A stretch of DNA of 64,000 nucleotides from assembly GCA_050013595.1 (NCBI GenBank), contig JBEKEY010000002.1, positions 1,522 to 65,521 on the forward strand. Reading direction: 5' to 3'. A model generated the notes under the pieces. The model made no database searches. It was not told where the DNA came from and saw nothing but the letters and a program-made list of their open reading frames with translations. The stretch's first letter is position 1, and every line of letters starts with the position of its first letter. Both the position numbers and the translations under genes were made by a program. Origin of the DNA: Thermoplasmata archaeon (lineage in GTDB: Archaea; Thermoplasmatota; Thermoplasmata; Lutacidiplasmatales; UBA184). Of this stretch, positions 18,167 through 27,276 are shown piece by piece.

Positions 18167-19849
18167 CTACGGGCCCTCGGTGCCGGTCGCGTTCGGAAGG
18201 GGCGTCGGGACCCGGGCAGGCGAGGGGGCGGGAGAGGCGACCGGGCCGGTCATCTTCACCGTGAGCTCCTCGCCCCACGGGTCCGACGTTGTCACGGGGT
18301 CGCCCGCGTAGTAACTATAGACCATGTTGAACGCGAAGACGAGCTGTCCGGCCCCGATCACAAAGGCTCCGACCGAGGAGAGGAAGTTCAGGAACTGGAA
18401 GTTCCCCGTCCAGAGATAGTCGTAGACGCGGCGCGGCATCCCCTCCGCGCCGAGCAGGAACATCGGGAACAGGAGCAGGTTGATCCCGACGTACGTCAGG
18501 ACGAAGTGCACCTGGCCGAGCGCTTGGTTGTACCAGCGCCGGGTGATGATCGGATACCAGAAGTAGATCCCCGCGAAGACCGCCATCAACGTCCCGCCGA
18601 GGATGATGTAGTGGAAGTGGGCCACCACGAAGTACGTCCCGTGGTAGAGGTAGTCGATCGGGATGGAGGCGAGCATCAGGCCGGAGAGGCCGCCGATGAC
18701 GAACCCGGTGATGAACGCGACGCAGAACCACATCGGGAGCGCCATCCAGATCCGACCGCCCCAGAGCGTCGCGACCCAGTTGAACGTCTTCACCGCCGAC
18801 GGGACCGCGATCGCCATCGTCGCGAGCATGAAGACGAAACGGACGTTCGTCGAGATGCCCGTCACGAACATGTGGTGCTCCCAGACCGCGAACGAGAGCA
18901 CCGCGAAGACGCCGAGAGCGATCGCCATCGCGCCGTAGCCGAAGATGTCCTTGCGGGCGAGCTTCGGCAGAACGGTCGAGATGATCCCGAACGCCGGCAG
19001 GACCATGATGTAGACCTCGGGGTGAGCGAAGAACCAGAACACGTTCTGGTAGAGCAACGCCCCGCCGAGCGGGGTGCCGTTCGCGGTCGCGAGCAGATGG
19101 GTCCCGAAGTTCCGGTCCGAGAGGACCATCGTGAGCCCGATCGAGAGGGACGGGAGCGCGAAGATGAGCAGGACCGAATTGATGAGGGTCGCCCAGACGA
19201 AGAGGGGCATGTTCCAGTAGTGGACGCCCGGCGCGCGGTGCTTCAGGATCGTAACGAGGAAGTTGATCGCGCCGAGCATCGAGGAGATCGTGAGCACATG
19301 GAGGCCGAGGATCCAGAGGTCCACCCCGATACCGCTGGCCTGGATCGAGAGCGGGACGTACCCGGTCCATCCGACGTTCGCGTTCGAGAGAATGAGGATG
19401 ATGCCGGCCGGCGGAACGAGCCAAAAGGCGATCGCGTTGATCCTCGGCATCGCCATCTCGCGCGAGCCGATCATCGACGGGACGAGGTAGTTTCCGAACC
19501 CCGCGAGGGTCGGGATGACGAACATGAAGACCATCAGGACCCCGTGCATCGTGAACAGGGTCGAGTAGACGTCGGGGGTGACGCCGAGCGTGGTCTGGGG
19601 GTTGAGGCCGAGTCCCTGAACGAACCCGAGGTCGGTGCGGATCAGGCTCGCGTAGATCCCGCCGATGAAAAAGAACACGAATCCGGTCGTGATGTACATC
19701 AGGCCGATCCGCTTGTGGTCGGTCGTGAAGACCCACTTCTTGATCGTCGGGACGAGCCACGCCCCGTGGTAGGAGAACGCCCAGAGGAAGAAGCCGGACA
19801 GACCGGCGATGAGAGCGACGACCGTGACCGGTACGGTGAAGTCGGTCAT
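18167..19849 (-). CDS. coxA: heme-copper oxidase subunit I
   Basis: 560 aa with WFFAHPEVY (CuB His), WEHHMF and 12-TM-like hydrophobicity. Confidence 0.95.
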   Translation of the reverse strand: MTDFTVPVTVVALIAGLSGFFLWAFSYHGAWLVPTIKKWVFTTDHKRIGLMYITTGFVFFFIGGIYASLIRTDLGFVQGLGLNPQTTLGVTPDVYSTLFTMHGVLMVFMFVIPTLAGFGNYLVPSMIGSREMAMPRINAIAFWLVPPAGIILILSNANVGWTGYVPLSIQASGIGVDLWILGLHVLTISSMLGAINFLVTILKHRAPGVHYWNMPLFVWATLINSVLLIFALPSLSIGLTMVLSDRNFGTHLLATANGTPLGGALLYQNVFWFFAHPEVYIMVLPAFGIISTVLPKLARKDIFGYGAMAIALGVFAVLSFAVWEHHMFVTGISTNVRFVFMLATMAIAVPSAVKTFNWVATLWGGRIWMALPMWFCVAFITGFVIGGLSGLMLASIPIDYLYHGTYFVVAHFHYIILGGTLMAVFAGIYFWYPIITRRWYNQALGQVHFVLTYVGINLLLFPMFLLGAEGMPRRVYDYLWTGNFQFLNFLSSVGAFVIGAGQLVFAFNMVYSYYAGDPVTTSDPWGEELTVKMTGPVASPAPSPARVPTPLPNATGTEGP

Positions 19850-19865
19850 CGCTACCCCCCCGCGT

Positions 19866-20168
19866 TCATGCGATAAGTCCCCCTAGTATGTACGCGATCG
19901 AGGCGGCGGCGGCCACCACGATGAGGATCTTGAAGAAACGAATCTCGCCTTCGAGGGTGACGTAACCCGGCCAGGTGGGTCGGACACGGCGGCCGAACGG
20001 CCAGGTCCGGTAGGTCCGGTCGACCAAGTGGAAGACGACCGCGCCCATGAGGAACATCAACGCGACCGCGTACCCGAACGATTGCTCGGCGCCGGGACTC
20101 GTCAACGGACCGATCCGGAACGCGTAGACGATCAGCACGCCGATCCCGAGCAGCATCAGCACCGTCAC
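19866..20168 (-). CDS. small membrane protein in the oxidase operon
   Basis: The C-terminal ~100 aa of track ORF 19866..20489 is hydrophobic ([17 protein letters not shown]...[22 protein letters not shown]). The upstream part of that ORF is an alternate frame of 20230..20493. GTG 20168 is the first possible start; ATG 20156 is an alternative. Confidence 0.55.
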   Translation of the reverse strand: MTVLMLLGIGVLIVYAFRIGPLTSPGAEQSFGYAVALMFLMGAVVFHLVDRTYRTWPFGRRVRPTWPGYVTLEGEIRFFKILIVVAAAASIAYILGGLIA

Positions 20169-20229
20169 CGCCGTGTAGAGGTCGAGCAGGCGGTTGCGAA
20201 GGCGACGGACCTCGGACGAAAGCGGAGGG

Positions 20230-20493
20230 CTACTCAAACAGCTCGACCCTCCGTCCGTTCTTGCCTCGGTAACGGTCGACCCGGTAGAGGATGCCCACCG
20301 TGAAGAGGAAGGCCAGGAAGGCGACGAGCGCTCCCGCCACGGCCACGAGCCCACCGACCCAGGCCCCCGCGAGGAGCCAGGTGAGGCCGTAAACGAAGGT
20401 CGCGGCCCCGACGCTCCCCAGCACGAGGAAGACCGCGAGGACGCCCCAGAGAACGTTCGTCCGCCACTGCGGGCGGTCGTCCGGTTCACTCAC
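20230..20493 (-). CDS. small two-TM membrane protein in the bc/oxidase operon
   Basis: 87 aa: MSEPDDRPQWRTNVLWGVLAVFLVLGSVGAATFVYGLTWLLAGAWVGGLVAVAGALVAFLAFLFTVGILYRVDRYRGKNG... It overlaps the cytochrome b stop. Confidence 0.65.
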   Translation of the reverse strand: MSEPDDRPQWRTNVLWGVLAVFLVLGSVGAATFVYGLTWLLAGAWVGGLVAVAGALVAFLAFLFTVGILYRVDRYRGKNGRRVELFE

Positions 20494-21832
20494 TGGACTT
20501 CGCCTCCGTCGTGGCGAGGGCGCCCGGCCCCGAGACCGGCGCCCCGTACGCCCCCGCGTACGACGTGCCCCGGGCGGCCAGCCGTTGCTTGTACGAGCGC
20601 ATGTATCGCCAGTGGAAGAGCGCGGTCACGACCGCGTTCACCGCGAAGATCGGCGCGAGGGTCATCACGACGGTCGGGATCGTGATCTGGACCCCCGGGG
20701 TTTCGCCGCCCCAGACCGTCATCAGGATGAAGAACTCGAGCAGCGACGTCCCGGCCCAGATGAACAGCGGCCGGTCGCGCGGATGGGTCCGCTTCGAACG
20801 GTCGAGGAACGGCAGGAACAGGAAGTAGACCAGGATGGCGGTCGAGAGGCCGACCGCGAGGACGGGAGTGATGCCCGCGAAATCGACGAGCTTGAACACC
20901 CAGAGGAAGTACCAGTCGGGTTCGGTGACGACTCCGACGGCGGCGACGTTACCGACGTACGTGGGGAGCGACCACGGCCAGAGGGCCGCGATCCCGAAGA
21001 GGATGCCGACGTAGAGCAGGCCCCATTTCGTCATGTAGAATAGGATGTGCGGGAAGAACGGGACGTGGTCCTCGTCCTCGAGCGCGGTGAACCGCCGCCG
21101 CTGATGCGGGTCGGAGGTCGCGGGTGGGGCGATGCCGTGCGACTCGAAGAGCGCGATGTGGGCGTAGAGGAGGCCCGCGAGCGCGATCGGGATGAGCACT
21201 ACGTGGGCGTCGAACATCCGGGAGAGCAACCCCTGGGAGGTTCCGTCGGCTAAGATGAAAGGAGCGAGAAGAGGGCCGAACGTGGGGAGTCGGATCGCGA
21301 GCACGAGACCGACGTTGGTCGCGTTGTACGAGAGCTGGGTGTAAGGTAGGAGGTACCCCGTGAACCCCATGCCGAGGGTCATGACCATGAGGAGGGTCCC
21401 GGCCATCCAGGAGAATTCGCGCGGCGACTTGTAGACGCCGAGGTAGTAGCCCCGGAAGAAGTGCACGAACATCAGAAAGATCATCGCGTACGCGCCGTAG
21501 AGGTGCGTGGTCACGAGCAGCGAGCCCATCGGCACCGAATTGATGATGTAGTACGTCGAGCACCAGGCGGCCGGCGCGACCGAGTACGCCCCGACGGTCT
21601 GGCCGCAAGCGGTCAAGGTCGGCGCGGTGCTAGGCTGGTAGTACAGTAACAGGAGAGCGCCCGAGACGACCTGGTACAGGAACGCCGTGGCGACGAACGC
21701 CCCGGTCCAGTACGACGGCTTGAAGGTGAACGCCGGCTGGGGCCGCAGCGCCCACTTGCGCATGCCGGTGCGGTCCTCGACGAACCCCCAAATCTTGTTC
21801 AGGGATCGATTGTACCAGTTCGAGAGCCCCAA
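20486..21832 (-). CDS. cytochrome b (bc-complex type, N- and C-terminal domains fused)
   Basis: 448-aa polytopic protein. The N-terminal region YWTGAFVATAFLYQVVSGALLLLYY and conserved His-bearing helices match cytochrome b. It lies directly downstream of the Rieske gene. Confidence 0.88.
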   Translation of the reverse strand: MGLSNWYNRSLNKIWGFVEDRTGMRKWALRPQPAFTFKPSYWTGAFVATAFLYQVVSGALLLLYYQPSTAPTLTACGQTVGAYSVAPAAWCSTYYIINSVPMGSLLVTTHLYGAYAMIFLMFVHFFRGYYLGVYKSPREFSWMAGTLLMVMTLGMGFTGYLLPYTQLSYNATNVGLVLAIRLPTFGPLLAPFILADGTSQGLLSRMFDAHVVLIPIALAGLLYAHIALFESHGIAPPATSDPHQRRRFTALEDEDHVPFFPHILFYMTKWGLLYVGILFGIAALWPWSLPTYVGNVAAVGVVTEPDWYFLWVFKLVDFAGITPVLAVGLSTAILVYFLFLPFLDRSKRTHPRDRPLFIWAGTSLLEFFILMTVWGGETPGVQITIPTVVMTLAPIFAVNAVVTALFHWRYMRSYKQRLAARGTSYAGAYGAPVSGPGALATTEAKSSE

Positions 21833-21845
21833 CGCGCGTGCCCTC

Positions 21846-22679
21846 CTAGGTCGGGAATTGGCACAGGATGACCGGCGTCTCCTTCACGACCTGGCTCGTG
21901 ACGCCGACCCCGTAGTCGCCCTGCAACGTGCTGATGTGCCCGTTCACCGGGGGGCTCGAGGCGGTGATCCCCGTCGCGAAGATGTTCCCGTTCGCATCGG
22001 GTGCGAGGATGACCTGGGGGAGCGGCAGCACCGCCGGCCCGGTGAGATTGGACGCGGCGTTGGCCGGGTCGTAGGTCGAACCGTGGCACGAACAGTGGAT
22101 GTAGAACGACCTCCCGCCCGGTGTGTTGGGACAGGTTCCCGGCGGGTAGAAGGCGATCGCCGGTGCCGGGCAACCGAGGTGCTGGCAGATCCCGCTGAAC
22201 GCGACGATCGACTTGTTCGTCCCTACGCCCCCCGGGACGTTCGCCGCGCCCGGATTGGACGCGCTCGGGGGATTGCCGTTCGACGGGTAGAGGTTGAGGA
22301 GGAAGTTCGGCTCGTTCCGCAACGGGTAGTTGAACAGGTAGAGGTCGGAGGTCCCGACGTTGTACTCCGCTTCGACCTTGGCGACGGTGAGCGGGCTCCC
22401 GTCGACGTCAAGCAGCTGGACGTTCGGGTAACTCGAAAGGCCGATGGCAGGCGGTTGGAGGTACTGGAGCGACCCGCCGACGAGACCTCCGGCGCCGGCT
22501 CCGATGAGACCGCCGACCGCGAGCAGCTTCAGCACGTTGCGTTTGGTCTCGTCGACCTCCCCGAGCTCTTCGTCGTCGTGGGAGGCGAAACGGCGGACCC
22601 GCCCGACCGGGAAATCGAGCGAAGGGTCCCGGCTCACGGACCAGGGACAACTCTCGCGGCAGTGGAACCCTCCGTTCAT
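21846..22679 (-). CDS. Rieske 2Fe-2S protein
   Basis: Both cluster boxes are present (CQHLGC and CSCHGS). There is an N-terminal TM/Tat-like segment: TKRNVLKLLAVGGLIGAGAG. Confidence 0.92.
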   Translation of the reverse strand: MNGGFHCRESCPWSVSRDPSLDFPVGRVRRFASHDDEELGEVDETKRNVLKLLAVGGLIGAGAGGLVGGSLQYLQPPAIGLSSYPNVQLLDVDGSPLTVAKVEAEYNVGTSDLYLFNYPLRNEPNFLLNLYPSNGNPPSASNPGAANVPGGVGTNKSIVAFSGICQHLGCPAPAIAFYPPGTCPNTPGGRSFYIHCSCHGSTYDPANAASNLTGPAVLPLPQVILAPDANGNIFATGITASSPPVNGHISTLQGDYGVGVTSQVVKETPVILCQFPT

Positions 22680-22864
22680 CGGAGCGTCCTCCCGCGCATG
22701 TCGGGGGTCGTGTCGTCGACCTGCCGGGGGTCGGGGATGCGCGCATCGCCCGGTAGCTCGGCGCGTTCGCTCCCGTGGTAGACGGCCCAGGTGATCCCGA
22801 TCCCCATCAGGATCATCAGCACCTCGGTGAGGTCGACGATCTGGTCGGGCGTCAGACCGCTCAT
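22676..22864 (-). CDS. small single-TM protein upstream of the Rieske gene
   Basis: 62 aa from ATG 22864 (MSGLTPDQIVDLTEVLMILMGIGITWAVYHG...). There are ATGA overlaps at both ends, with the tatA-like stop and the Rieske start. Confidence 0.55.
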   Translation of the reverse strand: MSGLTPDQIVDLTEVLMILMGIGITWAVYHGSERAELPGDARIPDPRQVDDTTPDMRGRTLR

Positions 22865-23250
22865 CGGTCGCCCTCCCCCCGCCACGTCCCGCTGGGCACC
22901 GTGGTCGACCAGGTCGGTACCGGATACCCTCCGGTCCACGGGAGGGTCGGCTCGTACGTCGGAGCGTACGGTACCGCGGGAGCCGCTCGCACGGCCGCCG
23001 GGATGCCGCTCACGTGCGTCACGGGCGAGTCGAGGCCGAGAAGGGTGCCCCGGATCGAGAGCTGCTGACCCGCGGCGATCGGTAGGTCGGCCGCTTTGGT
23101 GAGCTCACCGAGGAGCTCCTGCTTCAGGTTCATCGCGCGACCGTACCAGCGGCCGAGCGTGCGCAACATCTGGCCGTTCTCCTTCCCGAAGAGGAGGAAG
23201 ACCGCGACCGCGGCGATGATCACCCAGTCCATATCGGAAAAGAGCGCCAT
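22861..23250 (-). CDS. TatA/TatB-like Sec-independent translocase component
   Basis: 129 aa. An N-terminal TM helix, FG hinge and amphipathic helix are present (DWVIIAAVAVFLLFGKENGQMLRTLGRWYGRAMNLKQ). The tail is long and rich in Pro, Thr and Trp. Confidence 0.55.
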   Translation of the reverse strand: MALFSDMDWVIIAAVAVFLLFGKENGQMLRTLGRWYGRAMNLKQELLGELTKAADLPIAAGQQLSIRGTLLGLDSPVTHVSGIPAAVRAAPAVPYAPTYEPTLPWTGGYPVPTWSTTVPSGTWRGEGDR

Positions 23251-23254
23251 CAGC

Positions 23255-24091
23255 TCACCCCGCTCCGACCGCGCTCGGAGGGCGGCTCCTCGCCGCGTCC
23301 CGCCGGGATTCCCAGCGGCTCGCGAAGTAGGCGCCGCCTAGGTAGAGTCCGATCATCGGGGTCGCGATGAGGAGCATCGTGATCCCGGAGTTGTCGGGCG
23401 TGACGATCATCCCGAAGATGAGCGCACCGAGCACCGCGCCCCGCCAATGCTTCCGCCACGCGGCGGCCTTCACCACCCCGAGACGCGTCAACGCGTAAAC
23501 GAAGACCGGCAGCTCGAAGACGACTCCGAAGGCGAGCGAATAGACGAGGGCGAAGGTGACGAAGTCCTGGACCCCGAGCACCGGCTCGAGCTGCATCGCC
23601 GCGACGTAGAGGAAGAGCAGCCGGAACGTGAACGGGGTCAGGAAGAAGATCCCGATCCCGGTGCCGAGCGCGAAGAGGGCAGTGGCCGGGATCCCGATCT
23701 GGCGCAGAAGGGCGCGTTCGTTGCGCCGCAGCGCGGGCACGAGGAAGGCACCGACCTCGTGGACGATCCACGGCATCCCGAGGATGAGTGTGAGCAGAAG
23801 GCCGATCTCCATCTGCGCGAAGATCGAGTCGCCGACCCCGACGTTGAGGAGCCGGACGCCGGGCGGGAGCATCCAGGCGACCATGGCCAGGAACACCTGG
23901 GCGCTGATGTTGTAGAACGGGTTCGGCCAGGGGTAGGCGAACGGCACCGAGTACCCGAGGACCGGGATCGAGACCAGTTTGAGCTCGAAGAAGAGAAGGA
24001 AGCCGAACAGCGGCCCGAGGACGAGGGCGATCCGCACCAGCCGGTGTCGTATCTCCCCGAGAATGGCGAGGATCCGGTCGAGGTCGCCCAC
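23255..24091 (-). CDS. tatC: Sec-independent protein translocase TatC
   Basis: 278 aa with a six-TM pattern and the N-terminus ILGEIRHRLVRIALVLGPLFGFLLFF. Confidence 0.85.
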   Translation of the reverse strand: MGDLDRILAILGEIRHRLVRIALVLGPLFGFLLFFELKLVSIPVLGYSVPFAYPWPNPFYNISAQVFLAMVAWMLPPGVRLLNVGVGDSIFAQMEIGLLLTLILGMPWIVHEVGAFLVPALRRNERALLRQIGIPATALFALGTGIGIFFLTPFTFRLLFLYVAAMQLEPVLGVQDFVTFALVYSLAFGVVFELPVFVYALTRLGVVKAAAWRKHWRGAVLGALIFGMIVTPDNSGITMLLIATPMIGLYLGGAYFASRWESRRDAARSRPPSAVGAG

Positions 24092-24194
24092 GGGTCAAGG
24101 GCTCCTCAGTGCGACCCCGGGATGGTGGGGGCCTCCACGGGCGCTTGCGATCCTTGTGAGATTCCCTCGGGCATGCCGGCTCGCGCCGTCCGGT

Positions 24195-24416
24195 CTAGTG
24201 GACAGGGCCCGTGGGCGCCGACGCGTTCGTGGCCTGTTCCGCCTTGATCTCCCGATCGACCTCAAGGCGGCCCTTCTTGAACTCGCCGACCGAGCGGCCG
24301 AGGCTGTGCGCGAGCTGCGGGATCTTCGAGGACCCGTAGAACAGGATCCCGGCCACCACGGCTATGATCAACCAATCGTCGATAGAATCGAACACTGACT
24401 GCCCCCGAGTGAGCAC
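24195..24416 (-). CDS. tatA: Sec-independent protein translocase TatA
   Basis: 73 aa with DWLIIAVVAGILFYGSSKIPQLAHSLGRSVGEFKKG. Confidence 0.75.
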   Translation of the reverse strand: MLTRGQSVFDSIDDWLIIAVVAGILFYGSSKIPQLAHSLGRSVGEFKKGRLEVDREIKAEQATNASAPTGPVH

Positions 24417-24505
24417 CCGGGTGGGTCCGATATGGCGTTCGTACCGGAGGACCCTACCCGTAGGAGTAGTGCGTACTCACGGTAGATAAACCGAGGTCGG
24501 GCGCA

Positions 24506-25549
24506 TCACGCCGCTTCGACGAGGATGTTCTCGGTCCCGCCGGCGACCGCGCGGTCGATCGCGATCTCGGCGAGGAGCGAAAGGCATCCGGCACCGCGTT
24601 CGAGGAGGAGCGTCGCGGTCCGCACGGCCGCGGGCGAGCGGCCCGAGCGACCTCTCCGGGGCGAAAGGAGATTGGCACCGCCGAGCAGGATCCCTTGGTG
24701 ATGCACATCGCACGCGCGGTCGAGGGACGGGTGGATGAGGGTATCGACCACCGCCTTCATCTGGCCCTTGAGCTCGGGCAGGTACGCCGCGAGCGCGGCC
24801 GCCCCGGCCTCGGGGATCGCGGCGGCGTCCTCGTTGAGCGTACGCAACGTGGCGCCGAACAGGTCGGCGAGCTCCTCGAGGGCGTGGACGACGACCCGCC
24901 ATTCCAGGAGCTGGCGGGGGTCGGGGCTCCCGATACGGCGCGCGAGCGACCAGTCGCGGCTCGCGAGGAAGAGCTGGCGAACGAGGAGCGCGAGGACCTT
25001 TCCCGACTCCTCCTCGAGGGTCGCGAGGCGTCGGCTCCGGACGCGGCGCTGGACGACCTCCTCCATCTCCTCGAGGAAGGCGAGCAGGATCATCCGGACC
25101 CGTTGGACGAGCTGCGGCAACCCGTACTTCGAGGGGTCGATGAAGTTCTGGAGTACGACTCTCGTGGGCTCCTGCGCGACCACGGAGACCCCGAGGAGAC
25201 TGCGCGCCGTCTGGTGGAGCTCCTCGATCCGCTCGGGGGCGAGCGGCAGCTCGGTTCGGATCTCGATCGCGTCGTGTCCGACGCGGTAGGCGCCCACGAC
25301 CAGTCGTTCGAGGGTGCCGGGCGTGTCGAAGGAGCGAGCCTGCACGAGGAACGGCGCGTCGGGCGGGTCCCCACCGGGCAGTGGGGCGGGCTTGAGGAAG
25401 AGCGTGCCGTCATCGTTCTGGTCGAAGACGATCAGGTCCCCCGGCCGAAGGTTCATCGCCTCCGCCCACGGTTTCGGGAGCGTGACCGCGATGGAGGAGT
25501 GACCGGCCTTCAGGACTCTACGCTCTCGACTCGGGTTCCCCCACGCCAT
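24506..25549 (-). CDS. AbrB/SpoVT-domain plus PhoU-like repeat regulator
   Basis: The N-terminus is SSIAVTLPKPWAEAMNLRPGDLIVF (swapped-hairpin AbrB type), followed by helical PhoU-like repeats. This fusion is common in archaea. Confidence 0.7.
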   Translation of the reverse strand: MAWGNPSRERRVLKAGHSSIAVTLPKPWAEAMNLRPGDLIVFDQNDDGTLFLKPAPLPGGDPPDAPFLVQARSFDTPGTLERLVVGAYRVGHDAIEIRTELPLAPERIEELHQTARSLLGVSVVAQEPTRVVLQNFIDPSKYGLPQLVQRVRMILLAFLEEMEEVVQRRVRSRRLATLEEESGKVLALLVRQLFLASRDWSLARRIGSPDPRQLLEWRVVVHALEELADLFGATLRTLNEDAAAIPEAGAAALAAYLPELKGQMKAVVDTLIHPSLDRACDVHHQGILLGGANLLSPRRGRSGRSPAAVRTATLLLERGAGCLSLLAEIAIDRAVAGGTENILVEAA

Positions 25550-25640
25550 TCGACCGCTCCGAACCTACTACAGGTTCCGTAGGTCATGAGAGGTCCCCCT
25601 CTTGAACGTTGCGGAAGCGATAAATCGGCTGGCTTCGGCG

Positions 25641-26354
25641 TCAGGCGTGGGGCGGTCCCTCGGACGACGGCGGGAGCGGCGCTCCCTCCGTCGGGGGTTC
25701 CGAGTAGCCGAGCCGCTCGGGCAGCATCTCGTGCATCGAGCCCTGGCGGCGTCCGACCACGAATCCGAGGACGAGCGCGATGACGACGAGCGAGACGATC
25801 GTTCCGATGATGATGAAGAGCGCCGCTCCGGGCTGCGGTGTGCCGCTCGAGACCGTCAGGTTGGCCGGAAGGTTCATTCCGAACGCGATGAACCCGTACA
25901 TCCCGGATTGGAAGTGTCCGGGCTCGGTGCAGACGAATTCGTACCAGCCGGGGCCGGGCGACGTGAACGTCCCGGGGAACGTTCCGACCCCGGACACGTT
26001 CAAGTTGAACACGATCGGCGGGCTCTTCCCGTAGACCAGGTTCGAGAAGTCGCTCGCGGAGATGCTGGCCGGGATCACCCAGCCCTCCCTGCCGATGATC
26101 GTGAACGTGTGGGAGACCGAGGAGGCGTCGGTGAACGAGACGGAGATGGTCGTGTTGGTCGGTACCTGCTCGAACGTGTTCGGCGCGTACGCGTAACCGC
26201 TCGACGCGGTGAGGTCGATCGAGTCGCCGGCGGCCACGCGGACCGGCTGGGCGCCGACCTGTCGGACGGCACCGACACCGGCCAGCATCGCGAGGACGGT
26301 CGCCACGGCGAGCACGACAGCGAACGCTCGCATCGGAAGACCCCGCCGTCTCAT
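25641..26354 (-). CDS. sulfocyanin-like type-1 blue copper protein, membrane anchored
   Basis: RRRGLPMRAF signal, SHTFTI (His ligand) and CTEPGHFQSGMYG (Cys-x4-His-x4-Met), with a C-terminal TM anchor. The start is set at ATG 26354. Confidence 0.85.
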   Translation of the reverse strand: MRRRGLPMRAFAVVLAVATVLAMLAGVGAVRQVGAQPVRVAAGDSIDLTASSGYAYAPNTFEQVPTNTTISVSFTDASSVSHTFTIIGREGWVIPASISASDFSNLVYGKSPPIVFNLNVSGVGTFPGTFTSPGPGWYEFVCTEPGHFQSGMYGFIAFGMNLPANLTVSSGTPQPGAALFIIIGTIVSLVVIALVLGFVVGRRQGSMHEMLPERLGYSEPPTEGAPLPPSSEGPPHA

Positions 26355-26414
26355 GCCCTCACCGGACAAATCTCGACCGCCCGCGGGACGGGGGGTCGGG
26401 TTCAAAGCCCCTTT

Positions 26415-26476
26415 GTACGAACCGGAGGGTTGACGGGGGCCTTCCGGCGCGCGAACGTCGGCGTTGCGGTTCGTAC
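26415..26476. repeat. perfect 10-bp inverted repeat GTACGAACCG ... CGGTTCGTAC with a 42-nt spacer
   Basis: Read directly at 26415..26424 and 26467..26476, in the divergent intergenic region between the sulfocyanin-like gene and coxII. Confidence 0.7.
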
Positions 26477-26615
26477 GCGGGGAATATGTAGCTGCAGCAT
26501 CCCCCTAGCCTTCGTGCCGGCGTCGCTCGGGACCACGATCCTATCGGTCGCGGCCGAGGGGCTCCGGAAGGTCGGGGCCACGGGAGAGACCGACCTTCAG
26601 CAGATCTCGCCGCTG

Positions 26616-26729
26616 ATGTGGATCATGGTCGCGATCTCCGCGGCCGGAGCGATCATCACGTTCGCGTTCTTGACCTACGCGCTCTGGAAGTACCGCGACC
26701 CGAAGGTGAAGCACCGTCGCTATGGTTAA
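26616..26729 (+). CDS. cytochrome oxidase subunit II N-terminal TM helix segment (subunit-IIa-like peptide, or 5' part of a frameshifted coxII)
   Basis: MWIMVAISAAGAIITFAFLTYALWKYRDPKVKHRRYG* is the tail of track ORF 25602..26729. In-frame GTG 26514 is an alternative start. The segment ends 8 nt inside the next ORF, in a different frame. Confidence 0.55.
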   Translation: MWIMVAISAAGAIITFAFLTYALWKYRDPKVKHRRYG

Positions 26730-27183
26730 CAAGCTCGAGGTCGCATGGACCCTCGCGACCGTGGTCCTCATCACCGGTGTGGCGGTGTACTCAACGATCC
26801 TCGTCTACCACCTGGACGCGCTTCCGACCAACCCGACCGAGTACGTGGACGTCACCGGCCACCAATGGTACTGGGAGTTCTGCTACCCCGTCAACGACTC
26901 CTGCTACAACTCTTCGTACGACGCGAGCACGAATTCGGTGAGCGGCGGAGCGTTATGGGCTCCTCCGGGCGCCGTCGTCCAGATCAACGTCACGGGGGCC
27001 GACGTCATCCATTCGTTCAACATCCCCCAGCTCGGGATCCGGATCGATGCGATCCCCGACCGGGTCAACGAGTTCGCCTTCACCGTGCCGAACGTCGCCG
27101 CGGGCACCGAGTATCTGATCCAGTGCACCGAGTTCTGCGGAACGTTCCACGGAACGATGCGCTCCTTCCTCGTCGTGACCTAA
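26722..27183 (+). CDS. coxB: cytochrome c oxidase subunit II (TM2 plus CuA cupredoxin domain)
   Basis: 153 aa with NKLEVAWT, HQWYWEF and the CuA site HSF...CTEFCGTFHGTM. Confidence 0.9.
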   Translation: MVNKLEVAWTLATVVLITGVAVYSTILVYHLDALPTNPTEYVDVTGHQWYWEFCYPVNDSCYNSSYDASTNSVSGGALWAPPGAVVQINVTGADVIHSFNIPQLGIRIDAIPDRVNEFAFTVPNVAAGTEYLIQCTEFCGTFHGTMRSFLVVT

Positions 27184-27276
27184 GCTTCCCCGCGGCGTCG
27201 AGCGGCCGAGGGAGTCGCCCGGGCGACGCGAACCCGAGATGCCCCTGGATCTTCCGATTCACCCCGAGGCGGGCGT

